A DNA stretch of 64,000 nucleotides from Gemmatimonadota bacterium. GTDB taxonomy: Bacteria; Gemmatimonadota; Gemmatimonadetes; Palauibacterales; KS3-K002. Below, piece by piece: positions 46,727 through 56,233 of the stretch. The notes beneath the pieces were generated by a model that was not told the DNA's origin, searched no databases, and saw nothing but the letters and a program-made list of their open reading frames with translations. Every line of letters begins with the position of its first letter. Position 1 is the stretch's first letter. The DNA lies in NCBI GenBank assembly GCA_039586795.1, contig JBDHJS010000003.1, positions 96,001 to 160,000 on the forward strand, given 5' to 3'. The translations under genes were made by a program, and so were the position numbers.

Positions 46727-49700
46727 GTGAGAACGCTGAACAAGGGCTACAGGTCTCACACGATCTCACCTCGTCGATCCTACCGCTGGCTGTTGAGCAT
46801 CGCCTTTTCTCTGTCCGTCTTCGTGTCGACGGCTGCTGCCCAGAGCATTTCCACCGGCACTGTGGCAGGCAGGGTGACGGACGCCAGCGGCAACCCTGTG
46901 GCCGGTGCACGGGTGAGAATCACAGAGGTCCGAACGGGAGTAGTTCAGTGGCATGACACTCGGGCGAGCGGGGCTTTCTTCATTGCGATGCTTCCGCCCG
47001 GCGAGTACGACGTGTTCGTTGAGGAGATCGGGTTGCAGCCGGAGGAGCTCCGGCGTGTTCCGGTCACACCGGGACAGACCATTGAGCTCGAAGTGACATT
47101 GCAGCCGGCGGTTCTGCCGGTGAACGATGTTGTCGAGAGCAGTTTCGCAGACCCGATTGAAGATTCCTGGGCGGGCGAATCACAGTACTACTCCTCTTTC
47201 GAGTTGCGCGAGCTTCCGAAGCAGCGACGCGAGTTCTCGGAGTTGGGCCGCTTTTCGAGCGTCTCAAACGCCAGGCTTGCTACTCAAGGGTTACCGGGCT
47301 GGCTGACGGGCTTGGCGGCCGACGGTATGCTCTACAGTCCCACTCGGCACCCGCACTTGCCCACCAGTTCCACTCGTACTGAGGTGCTTCCGCTCAGCAA
47401 CTTCGCGTCGGCGGAACTGCTGATGAATCCGATCGATGTGGAGTGGAGCGAGTTTGCTGGCGCTTACTTGACCGGCAGCACGTTGCGTGGATCCCGTGAG
47501 CCGGAGGTCCGGTTCTTCGGTGACTGGACCGGCGGCGTCATCACCCAGTCCGACAATTTTGACGGTCAAGATGTGGGTACGCACAGTTTCCGCGCGGGCG
47601 CCTCGGTAGCTGGGCCGATCCTGAAGGACACGGCGCACTACGCGATCGGTTTCGAGGCACAGCGACTGCAGACACCGCTACCACCTGCCTGGGCTATCGA
47701 CACGTTCGACGATCGGTTGATCGCGGTGGCCGATTCGTACGGCGTAAACCTAAGGCCCTACACACGGGCGCGGGTCGTTGAAGAAGAGCTGGGCACGGCT
47801 TACGGACGATTCGACTGGCAAATCACGGAGAACCACGCGTTGTCAGTTCGCGGCAACGTTTCGTCAGTGAAGATCGGCGGCAACCCGGACCTCGATCCCG
47901 GTCTGGGACCTGAGGAGATCGCCAGTATCGGCTCGGAGGTCGAAGGGATAGACCTATCGACTTCCGGAACTCTCTCTTCGCGTTTCAACAACATGTTCCG
48001 ACAAGAACTCCGTTTGGGAATCGATCGTACGGAGCGCGAGTACACTGGTACCGAAGTTCTTGGAACACGAATCGTCGAAGGCGGCCTGGCGTTCGGCACC
48101 GACCCAACGGTGCCCGGCAAGTTCGATCAACTCACGGCCCGGCTGTTCTGGACTCTACATGCGAAGGTCAGCAGGCATCGACTGAAGTTCGGCGCGGGAG
48201 CCACGTACCTATCCGCCGAGCAAAGGTATACATACGCGACGGGCGGAGAATTCGCATTCTCGGGAGTGGACGAGTTCTCGGCTGCCAGTGGTTCGTTCGC
48301 TAAAGCCGGCGGCACAGCACCTTTCGGCAAGTACGCTAACTGGCAGTTCGCGACGTACCTGCAAGACCTCTGGCAAGCGGCGCCGGGCCTCGACGTGCTT
48401 CTCGGCCTGCGTTGGGAATACGAGCGCATCGACATCGAGGCGATCAGGCAGAATGCGGACTGGCTGGATCGCACCGGCATAGATAACTCCCAAACAAATG
48501 AGAAGTACATCAACAAATGGAGCCCGCGGTTCGCCATGCGTTGGGATATCGGCAACCGCGGAATCTGGATCGTACGCGGCGGTTGGGGGCTCTACCACAA
48601 CCTGGTCGATCCCGGCGCCTTCGCCGAAGTGATCACTCAGGACGGCCGCCAGTTCGGCCGGCGCGGTCTGGGAGACCTGGGGTTCTGGCCCGAGGACCCG
48701 GGCCTTGGAGCCGCCCCTATCATCGGGCAGCAGCTGAGCATGCTGGGCCCCGAGTTTCAGGGTCCGCGCACGAGCCGAGTCAACCTGGGTCTCTCCCGGT
48801 TGTTTGACGACCGTACGGCTGTAATCCTGCATGGCGTCTACCGCTACACGGACCACCTGGTCCGCCGCAACGATCTGAACCTGGTGCAGTCTCCGACGAC
48901 CGTAGATCAATACGGGCGGCCGGTATACGGACAGCTCGTCCAGCAGGGCTCTCTACTCCAGGTCGAGCCCGGGACGAACCGTCGCTTTCAGGATTTCGCC
49001 GTCGTGTCGGCACTAAACGCCGACGGCGTCTCCAACTATTGGGCGGGCACGCTCGCCTTCGAGCGGCACCTCGGCGAACAGCTCGAGGCGATAGCCAGCT
49101 ACACGTTCTCGTGGACGGAAGACAACTGGCTCTCGGGCATGGGCGGAGGCCCGCCGGTGGAACTCACGCCGTTCCCCGACAGTCTGAACCGGCGCGATTG
49201 GACGAAGGGTACTTCCGACTTCGATCGACCGCACACTTTGGTTCTCGCCGCCCAGTACAAGTTTCCGCTGGGAGTGGCCACGTCACGCGTAGCCGCGTTC
49301 TACCGATTCAGCTCAGGCGTACCATTCACGCCCGGTTTCAGAGATGCTGTGGACGTCAACGGCGACGGCTCCGGACGCAACGACCCGGCATACATCGATG
49401 GCGCTCTGGATGGCATGCCGGGGCTGATATCGGCTTGGGGATGCTTATCCGAGCAGATCGGGCGTTATGCGTCACGCAATTCATGTCGCGGACCTAGCCT
49501 TCATCGACTCGACCTGCGATTGGCCGTCGGACTCTACACGGTCCACGGCCATCCTCTAGAGTTGGTTGTGGATGTTCTGAACGTGCTCGACGCCGAAACC
49601 AATGTTCTTGACAAGGCGCTATTACTGATCGACGGTGGCGGAACCGTGCAGACGAACCCAGACGGAACAATCACAATACCGTTCCAGGTCAACCCGAATT

Positions 49701-49768
49701 TCGGCAAGCCACTGATCTACAATCAGCAGGGCCGAGCACTCCGCTTCGGATTACGGATGGGAATCTGA
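46727..49768 (+). CDS. TonB-dependent receptor with N-terminal carboxypeptidase-regulatory-like domain (Oar-like)
   Basis: Signal peptide, GTVAGRVTDASG.PV.GA.V, GPI.KD..HY, YLQD.W......L.LGLRWE, SPRF...WD, and a C-terminal DV.NVLD ... RALRFGLR strand. Confidence 0.9.
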   Translation: MRTLNKGYRSHTISPRRSYRWLLSIAFSLSVFVSTAAAQSISTGTVAGRVTDASGNPVAGARVRITEVRTGVVQWHDTRASGAFFIAMLPPGEYDVFVEEIGLQPEELRRVPVTPGQTIELEVTLQPAVLPVNDVVESSFADPIEDSWAGESQYYSSFELRELPKQRREFSELGRFSSVSNARLATQGLPGWLTGLAADGMLYSPTRHPHLPTSSTRTEVLPLSNFASAELLMNPIDVEWSEFAGAYLTGSTLRGSREPEVRFFGDWTGGVITQSDNFDGQDVGTHSFRAGASVAGPILKDTAHYAIGFEAQRLQTPLPPAWAIDTFDDRLIAVADSYGVNLRPYTRARVVEEELGTAYGRFDWQITENHALSVRGNVSSVKIGGNPDLDPGLGPEEIASIGSEVEGIDLSTSGTLSSRFNNMFRQELRLGIDRTEREYTGTEVLGTRIVEGGLAFGTDPTVPGKFDQLTARLFWTLHAKVSRHRLKFGAGATYLSAEQRYTYATGGEFAFSGVDEFSAASGSFAKAGGTAPFGKYANWQFATYLQDLWQAAPGLDVLLGLRWEYERIDIEAIRQNADWLDRTGIDNSQTNEKYINKWSPRFAMRWDIGNRGIWIVRGGWGLYHNLVDPGAFAEVITQDGRQFGRRGLGDLGFWPEDPGLGAAPIIGQQLSMLGPEFQGPRTSRVNLGLSRLFDDRTAVILHGVYRYTDHLVRRNDLNLVQSPTTVDQYGRPVYGQLVQQGSLLQVEPGTNRRFQDFAVVSALNADGVSNYWAGTLAFERHLGEQLEAIASYTFSWTEDNWLSGMGGGPPVELTPFPDSLNRRDWTKGTSDFDRPHTLVLAAQYKFPLGVATSRVAAFYRFSSGVPFTPGFRDAVDVNGDGSGRNDPAYIDGALDGMPGLISAWGCLSEQIGRYASRNSCRGPSLHRLDLRLAVGLYTVHGHPLELVVDVLNVLDAETNVLDKALLLIDGGGTVQTNPDGTITIPFQVNPNFGKPLIYNQQGRALRFGLRMGI

Positions 49769-49770
49769 TC

Positions 49771-50745
49771 ATGCGCGTACGCCCAACGCTGGCTCTAATA
49801 GCAACTCTAGCCGTGACATCGCTGGCCGGTTGTCTCGGTACCGGCGAGGACCGCGTCCTCAGCGTTACGTCGACGGGCACCGTTCAGGGTCTGGTGTACT
49901 TCGATACGAACGGGAGTGGCAGGTTCGATGAAGGCGACACCGGAATACCGGGCGTTCAAATCGGGCTCACCTCGCTCGGCTCGATCATCCCGATCTACAT
50001 CGCCACTTCTGACCTGGATGGACTCCTCGAGATCCGACGCGTTGACGTCGCTACCTACGAGGTAATCGTCGATACGACGATCGTCGGTGACAGCGCCCAG
50101 TTCGTAGGAGTCGACCCCGCAGCATTCACACTGACGCCCGACGATACGGCGGATATCACGATTGGTGTGAGTTACCCCAGCGTCACCGTCGAGGACAGCA
50201 AAGCGTTGCCCGTAGGCGAGACGGTCTTCGTTGAAGGCATCGCCCTCAACGACCGGCTCACATTCGGTGACAATACGGTCCACGTCAGCGGTAGAACCCT
50301 GGCAATCCGTACTACAAACGTGCGCACCGGTACCGTGCTGGTCGGGGACAGCATTCGCATCCTGGCGACGACGCGAACGGTACTGGGCCAACCGGTTCTC
50401 GACGCACAGTCCGTCTTCAACCTGGCCGTCACGAACCCGCCCGACGCGACTATTGCCACGGCTAGCGTCGCCTCAGCGGCCGACGGTGGACTATTGGACG
50501 CTGCCCTCGTCGAGGTCGACGCCGTGACGATCAACGACACCCTGACCACGGCAGAGGGTTTCCGCCTCACGGTCGGTGACCTGTCCGGCACGCTCCTCGT
50601 CCTTCTCGACAAGGATGCGCCGATCGCCAACCCGGAGCTGTTCGTGCCAGGAATGCTGATCGATGTGCTCGGTTTGCTCGTTCCTGACGGAACGGGGAGC
50701 TGGATCCTCAAGCCACGCACGAACCTCGACCTGACGATCCGGTAG
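49771..50745 (+). CDS. Lipoprotein with an SdrD-B-like domain and OB-fold-like domains
   Basis: Lipobox LAGC, VQGLVYFDTNGSG.FDEGD.GIPGV.I.L, OB-like segments (VGETVFVEG, VGDSIRI, V.DLSG.LLV.LD) and terminal LKPR...DL. Confidence 0.7.
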   Translation: MRVRPTLALIATLAVTSLAGCLGTGEDRVLSVTSTGTVQGLVYFDTNGSGRFDEGDTGIPGVQIGLTSLGSIIPIYIATSDLDGLLEIRRVDVATYEVIVDTTIVGDSAQFVGVDPAAFTLTPDDTADITIGVSYPSVTVEDSKALPVGETVFVEGIALNDRLTFGDNTVHVSGRTLAIRTTNVRTGTVLVGDSIRILATTRTVLGQPVLDAQSVFNLAVTNPPDATIATASVASAADGGLLDAALVEVDAVTINDTLTTAEGFRLTVGDLSGTLLVLLDKDAPIANPELFVPGMLIDVLGLLVPDGTGSWILKPRTNLDLTIR

Positions 50746-50762
50746 ATTTGCTCATTGGTGAA

Positions 50763-50795
50763 AGGGGCCTGGCCACGAACCGTGGTCAGGCCCCT
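50763..50795. terminator. Bidirectional terminator hairpin between convergent genes
   Basis: 15-bp stem AGGGGCCTGGCCACG / CGTGGTCAGGCCCCT with a 3-nt loop, flanked by A-rich and T-rich ends. Confidence 0.75.
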
Positions 50796-50824
50796 CTTCT
50801 GTGTCTCAAGTACTACGGTCGTTC

Positions 50825-51295
50825 CTACTTGTAGCTCTTGCGCGCTTCTGCTCGTGCCATCTCGAGAGCCGTTCTTATCTCAGGATACTTGATCGACAGG
50901 ATGTGAGCAGCCAGGAACGCCGCATTCTTGGTCCCATCGACGGCGACCGTTGCTACGGGGATTCCGGGTGGCATCTGCACTGTCGACAACAGGGCATCCA
51001 TTCCACCCAGCGACCCTGAGGTGAGCGGCACGCCGATCACCGGCAACAACGTGTGAGCGGCCACCGTGCCGGCCAGGTGATTCGCCATGCCGGCACAGGC
51101 AATGAAGACCTCGATGCCAGCTTCCTCGGCCGAGCGAATGTAGTCGACGGTCATCTCGGGCGTTCGGTGAGCCGACAATACTCTTATCTCGCAGGGCACG
51201 CCGAGACCCTTCAAAGTGTCCTGCGCCTTCTCGACGACAGGTAGATCGTTGGGACTACCCGTCAGTATTCCAACCAGCGGCACGTTCTTCGTCAT
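50825..51295 (-). CDS. purE: N5-carboxyaminoimidazole ribonucleotide mutase PurE
   Basis: [56 protein letters not shown]. Confidence 0.97.
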   Translation of the reverse strand: MTKNVPLVGILTGSPNDLPVVEKAQDTLKGLGVPCEIRVLSAHRTPEMTVDYIRSAEEAGIEVFIACAGMANHLAGTVAAHTLLPVIGVPLTSGSLGGMDALLSTVQMPPGIPVATVAVDGTKNAAFLAAHILSIKYPEIRTALEMARAEARKSYK

Positions 51296-51714
51296 CTCTC
51301 TTCCATCGGTAGTTGGTGTTCAGCGAAAACGGATTTGCACGGCCGCAAGATAGGGAAGCCGGGCCTTCAAACCAACCCGGGCCCTCCGGCATCATAACAG
51401 TGCAGGATAGAGGCGCGACCTATATACAAAAGATATGGCGAGGAGACCCGTACACGGCCCGCAATGCCCGCCCAGGCTGCCGGCGCGCCGCGCGCATGCG
51501 CGGCCTGATAGAGCAGGCCCGCGCGGGGGACCGTTCTGCTATATCGAGAGCACGTGGGTCGCGTCCCCGGGCTGTACGTCCGACTCACGGGTGACGCAAC
51601 GCCAGCGGAAAAACGCCAGTGCTCAGATCGATGCCGCGCTGGAGGCCATGGCAGAGGGAGACTAGCGGAACTCCGCCACAGGGCGGGTGTTTAGAGGGTA
51701 CACTTAACGAACTG

Positions 51715-51747
51715 AACGGGCGGTAACTCCAATGATTACCGCCCGTT
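51715..51747. terminator. 12-bp perfect inverted repeat downstream of the tRNA (probable terminator)
   Basis: AACGGGCGGTAA-N9-TTACCGCCCGTT. Confidence 0.55.
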
Positions 51748-51817
51748 GTATGTCCGTGCGGCTGGCGATCGTTGACCGTTGGTAGGCCGCCTGCGAAGTT
51801 TCTTAGCTTGAACAGAG

Positions 51818-51891
51818 TGGCCCTGGAGGGACTCGAACCCCCGACCTTCGGTTTAGGAAACCGCCGCTCTATCCGACTGAGCTACAGGGCC
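51818..51891 (-). tRNA. tRNA-Arg (anticodon CCT), CCA not encoded
   Basis: Reverse complement GGCCCTG TA GCTC AGTCGGATA GAGC G GCGGT TTCCTAA ACCGA AGGTC GGGGG TTCGAGT CCCTC CAGGGCC A folds into a cloverleaf. Confidence 0.95.
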
Positions 51892-51955
51892 GCGCCCGAA
51901 AGGCTATTCAGGCCCGGTAACTCGTGTCAATGGCCCGTTGGAGGAACCGCAAGTA

Positions 51956-53748
51956 ATGAGAAGATATTTATTCGTTCTGGTAGCGTTGTCACTCGCCGCA
52001 CCGACGGCTGGAGCCGCTCAAACGACCTTTATTGTCAACACCACAAACGACGTCGATGACTCGACCTGCGATGCGACCCACTGCAGTTTGCGCGAGGCCA
52101 TCGATGCCGCAAATCAGACCGCCGGAACCGATACGATCGCGTTCAACATACCGGGAGGCGGCGGCGTTCAAATCATCAGTCCAGGTAGTGCGCTGCCTGT
52201 CATCACGGACCCCGTGGTAATCGACGGTACGTCCCAACCGGGTTTCTCCGACGAGCCCATCATCGGACTCGATGGAAGTGGAGCGGGTACGGTGGACGGC
52301 CTCCACATCACCGCTGGCTCCAGCGTGGTTCGCGCTCTGGCGATCTACGCCTTCGATAACGGCATACTACTCGATGTGAACGGAGGCAACACGGTGGTCG
52401 CGAGTGTCGTAGGCTCCACCGGTAAGGCCGTTCAATGCGAGGACCTCGGGAATACTGCTGCCGGCATCGTGGTTCAGAGCTCGGACAACGTCATCGGCGG
52501 CGCGTCACTCACCCTGTCTAACGAGATCGTCTGCAACACCACGGATGGAATCCGCATGACGACCTGGGCTTGGCAGACCTTGGGAACGGACGCGATGGGG
52601 TCCGGATCGAAAGCTCTACGGACAATACGATCGGTGGCACCGGCCTATTTCAAGGGAACTTCATCGTCCGCAACGTCGGGGACGGAGTCCGAATCGCTGG
52701 AGCCGCATCCGCTAACAACCGCATCGCTGGCAACACGATCGCGCAGAATGACGGGTACGGGATCCTTCTTCCCGACGCCGGAACTGGAAACGAGTTCGAG
52801 ACCAATCACATCTCGGACAGCGGCCAGATGGGGATAGACCTGGGCGAGGATGGCGTCACTGAGAACGACATCGGTGACACGGATACCGGCCCGAATGACT
52901 ATCAGAACTACCCCGATATCAGCTCCGTCCGGATCGGCGGCGCAGTCTATATCGACGGCGCACTTCGCAGCACGGCCAGCACGAATTTCAGCATCGAGAT
53001 ATTCGAAAGCGAGTTCTGTGACGCGACTAATCATGGTGAAGGCGAGTCTTTCGTTACCCGAGAGGGCGTGACAACGGCCGCTAACGGAGAAGTGGACTTC
53101 CTCATCGTGGGCGCTGATGTAGAGCCCGGTGCCTACGTAACCGCTACCGCCACGAGCAACACCGGCAACACATCCGAATTCTCACGCTGCGTCCAGGCCA
53201 GCGGATTCTCCGTGACCATCGTACCGGATACCACCATCGTCAATCGCGGAGGGATTGCGAGGTACGCGGTGGAAGTCATGCCGGTTGGCGGCTCCTACAA
53301 TGCAGAAGTGGCCCTGCGCTGCAACGAAAAGCCGGTTCTTACCGCTTGCACTTTCTCTCAGGACACCGTGATTCCTGGAGCGAATGGAGTGACCTCATTC
53401 CTCGAGATTCAGACGAGCGCCTCGGGAACCTCGAGCCTCAGCGTCGCCGAAGGTCAAGGCACCGGCGGCGGCCCGTTCTGGCCGGGCGCCCTCGTGATAG
53501 GGCTGCCCGCAATCGCTCTTTTGGGGCTGATCCTCTCGAGGGAAGACCGCCGGGCACGCCGGTTGGCGATTCCGGTCGTAGCGGTGCTCGTTTTGGCTGG
53601 CGCGGCGATGCAAGCTGGCTGCAGTGAGGACGGGGTCAATGGGCCTCCCGGAGGCGGCACACCGTTAGGCGCACACCGGATTGTCGTCCAGTCCAAGTCG
53701 GATCCAATCATCCAGCTTTCGACGACAACTCTCGTCGTCACGCCGTAG
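51956..53748 (+). pseudogene. CSLREA-domain, beta-helix surface protein split by a frameshift near 52555-52570 (pseudogene or assembly error)
   Basis: Frame from ATG 51956 (RBS GGAGGA) gives a signal peptide, TNDVDD..CD..HCSLREAI.AAN and beta-helix repeats up to CNTTDGIRM. Homologous repeats resume in another frame (DLGNGRDGVRIE..., GIDLG.DGVT.ND..D.D.GPN..QNYP, TATAT...GNTSEFS). Confidence 0.75.
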
Positions 53749-53770
53749 AGACGTCGGAGCCCGATCCAAG

Positions 53771-54145
53771 GTGCCTATCCATTTCGACCGGGATGATTTC
53801 GAGCGACTCGTCCAGTCGGCCCTGGACGAACTACCTGACGAGTTCGCCGAGCGTCTGGATAATATCGCGGTTGTCGTGAAGGAAGAGCCGGACCCAGCGG
53901 ACTTGCGTGAGCTCGGCCTCGACGAGGAATCGGACTCCGACGAGTTGTTCGGTCTCTACGTTGGCGTGCCTATTATCGATCGCGGCAGCTCGTACACCGG
54001 TCTCCCCGACTGCGTCTATATCTACATGGGACCGATCTCGCGGGCCTGCGCCACTTCGGAGGAAGTCGTTCGCGAGGTCCGTGACACTGTCATCCACGAG
54101 CTCGGCCATCACTTCGGCCTGAGCGACGCCGACATGCCGTACTAG
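53771..54145 (+). CDS. Minimal zincin-like metallopeptidase (Zincin_1 family)
   Basis: F..LV..ALD.LP.EF...L.NIAVVV, LFGLY.GVP, PD...IY..PI, VRDTVIHELGHHFGL. Start GTG 53771. Confidence 0.88.
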   Translation: MPIHFDRDDFERLVQSALDELPDEFAERLDNIAVVVKEEPDPADLRELGLDEESDSDELFGLYVGVPIIDRGSSYTGLPDCVYIYMGPISRACATSEEVVREVRDTVIHELGHHFGLSDADMPY

Positions 54146-54205
54146 AGGGACTCGGGGATTCGGGGATTACGAGACTAGGGGTTTATGAGATTGAGGGGGT
54201 CGGTA

Positions 54206-55249
54206 ATGCTGAAGATCCCGGTTCTACTCATCACCATCCTACTCCATTCGGCAGGGATCGCATCTGCTCAGTGGTTACTGCAGAACAGTGGAACCGATGC
54301 CGAGTTCCGAGGCATCAGCGCGGCGAGTGACTCCGTCGTTTGGGCTGCCGGCCGCAACGGGACGTTTGCACGAACCGTAGATGGTGGCGCCACCTGGCGT
54401 GCGGACACAGTCCCCGGCGCAACCTCTCTCTTCTTCATCGATGTGCACGCCGTCTCTGACAGCGTGGCTTATCTTCTGGGCACGAGCTTCGATGGTGGCC
54501 TTGCCAGGATCTACAAGACGAGAGACGGCGGCGCCCGCTGGACGGAGGTCTACAGCAACGGCGCCCCCGGCGTGTTCTTCGACGGTCTGGCCTTTTGGGA
54601 TTCGGAGCGCGGCATCGCGTTTAGCGATCCTGTCGATGGCGCCTTCCTGATCATCAGCACCGCCAACGGCGGAGCGACCTGGGAGACGGTTCCGCCGGAG
54701 AACGCTCCTCAGCCGCTCTCCGGCGAGGCCGGGTTCGCCGCCAGCGGCACGGCAATCACCGTCGCTCCGGGCGGTCGCGTCTGGATCGGTACCGGCGGCG
54801 CCGGATCGGCCAGGGTGCTGATGTCGAACGACTGGGGTCAGACGTGGACGGCCGCGACGACATCGCTACCCGCCAGTGAATCCGCCGGTATCTTCGGGAT
54901 CGCGTTCCGAGATCCGCAGGTCGGCGTGGCAGTCGGCGGCGATTACCAGGCGCCTAACGACTCCAGCCTTAACGTTCTTCAGACAATCGATGGCGGCCAG
55001 ACCTGGACGTTGGTCAGCCGATCTCTCCCGTATGGCGTCCGCTACGGTGTGGCCTACGTCCGCGTAGGAGAGACCTGGTTTCTGGTGGCCGTGGGTCCGT
55101 CCGGTTGGGGTTATTCGACCGACGATGGTGCGACCTGGAGATACATCGACTCCCTCGGCTACAACACGGCTGGCGCCGCTCCCGGCGGCCCCGTGTGGGC
55201 GGCCGGCGTTGACGGAAGAATAGCCAAGTTCCGGCCTCCAGCTCGCTGA
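54206..55249 (+). CDS. Secreted BNR/Asp-box beta-propeller protein (YCF48/WD40-YVTN-like)
   Basis: Signal peptide and repeated T.DGG.TW / S.D.G.TW boxes; GEAGFAASGT; VAVGGDY. Confidence 0.85.
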   Translation: MLKIPVLLITILLHSAGIASAQWLLQNSGTDAEFRGISAASDSVVWAAGRNGTFARTVDGGATWRADTVPGATSLFFIDVHAVSDSVAYLLGTSFDGGLARIYKTRDGGARWTEVYSNGAPGVFFDGLAFWDSERGIAFSDPVDGAFLIISTANGGATWETVPPENAPQPLSGEAGFAASGTAITVAPGGRVWIGTGGAGSARVLMSNDWGQTWTAATTSLPASESAGIFGIAFRDPQVGVAVGGDYQAPNDSSLNVLQTIDGGQTWTLVSRSLPYGVRYGVAYVRVGETWFLVAVGPSGWGYSTDDGATWRYIDSLGYNTAGAAPGGPVWAAGVDGRIAKFRPPAR

Positions 55250-55419
55250 GGGCACGGGCGAGAACCGGGCACGTATCTTGACCTTCTAGGCGGGGTCCCA
55301 CCGGTTCGGGACCCGGAATCCCTTACCCTACATGGGGTTCACCCACTCCCCCGTTTCATAAGAATCTTGTCGTTTTGCAATCCCGTCGTGCAAAAAACCC
55401 GACGGCGCGAGGTATACCA

Positions 55420-56169
55420 ATGTCCGAGGTCAGCCATCAGTCCGAGTCCATCCGAGAGGCCATACAGCGCCTGACCGAATTTGCCGTTGAGCAAATGGAG
55501 AAGGGCGCGAACCGGGAGACGGTCAAAGGGCGCCTCATGGAACGCGGGGTTCAGGAGGATATCGCGGTCGAGATCGTCGCCAGGGCCTTCGGGTCGGCGG
55601 AGCCGGCGGCCACCGCCGTCGAGACCGCGGATACACCTCAGTCTACCGACCCGGCCATTGCGGCCGACCTGGCTGAAGTCCCCGCAGAGGTCGCGGAGGA
55701 GGAGTTCAGTCTTCAGGCGCTGGCGCCGGCCATCGGCGGGGGTGCCGCCGGAGCGCTGATCGGCGGGATCGTCTGGGGCCTGATCGCGAGCGCGACCGGC
55801 TACGAGATCGGCTGGGTCGCCTGGGGCGTCGGCTGGCTGGCTGGTTTCGGCGTTGTTCTGGCGGCCCGCGGCCAACGCGGAAAGCCCCTGCAGCTGGTCG
55901 CTGCCGCTGCGGCCGTGTTTGGCATATTCGTCGGCAAGTACCTGACGTTTTTCGCCGCCTTCAAGCAGTACGTCGGCGAAGAGTATGGCGCGGAGGCCGT
56001 GACCCAATTGTCCGTCTTCTCCGTCGGTGTCATGCAGTTGTTCGGATCCAGCCTTGGGCTGATGCTCAGCGGCTTCGACGCACTATGGGTGATACTCGCC
56101 GTTGCCACCGCCTGGGGGATTCCGAAAGCCAAGAGCATCGAGCTGCAACCTGCAGCCGAGACGGCCTAG
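55420..56169 (+). CDS. Hypothetical membrane protein
   Basis: ATG 55420 behind GAGG; N-terminal helical domain, acidic linker and Gly/Ala-rich TM helices (GYEIGWVAWGVG). Confidence 0.7.
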   Translation: MSEVSHQSESIREAIQRLTEFAVEQMEKGANRETVKGRLMERGVQEDIAVEIVARAFGSAEPAATAVETADTPQSTDPAIAADLAEVPAEVAEEEFSLQALAPAIGGGAAGALIGGIVWGLIASATGYEIGWVAWGVGWLAGFGVVLAARGQRGKPLQLVAAAAAVFGIFVGKYLTFFAAFKQYVGEEYGAEAVTQLSVFSVGVMQLFGSSLGLMLSGFDALWVILAVATAWGIPKAKSIELQPAAETA

Positions 56170-56233
56170 CAAAGCACACACGAGCCCGCCGCCTGACCCG
56201 TAGACGGCGTGGCATGTCAGTTGGGAGGATGGT

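Noticed and set aside
52540..52590. Programmed ribosomal frameshift or phase-variable tract in the CSLREA gene
   Set aside because: There is no slippery heptamer or homopolymer at the junction, and repeat sequence appears to be missing, which fits a deletion better.
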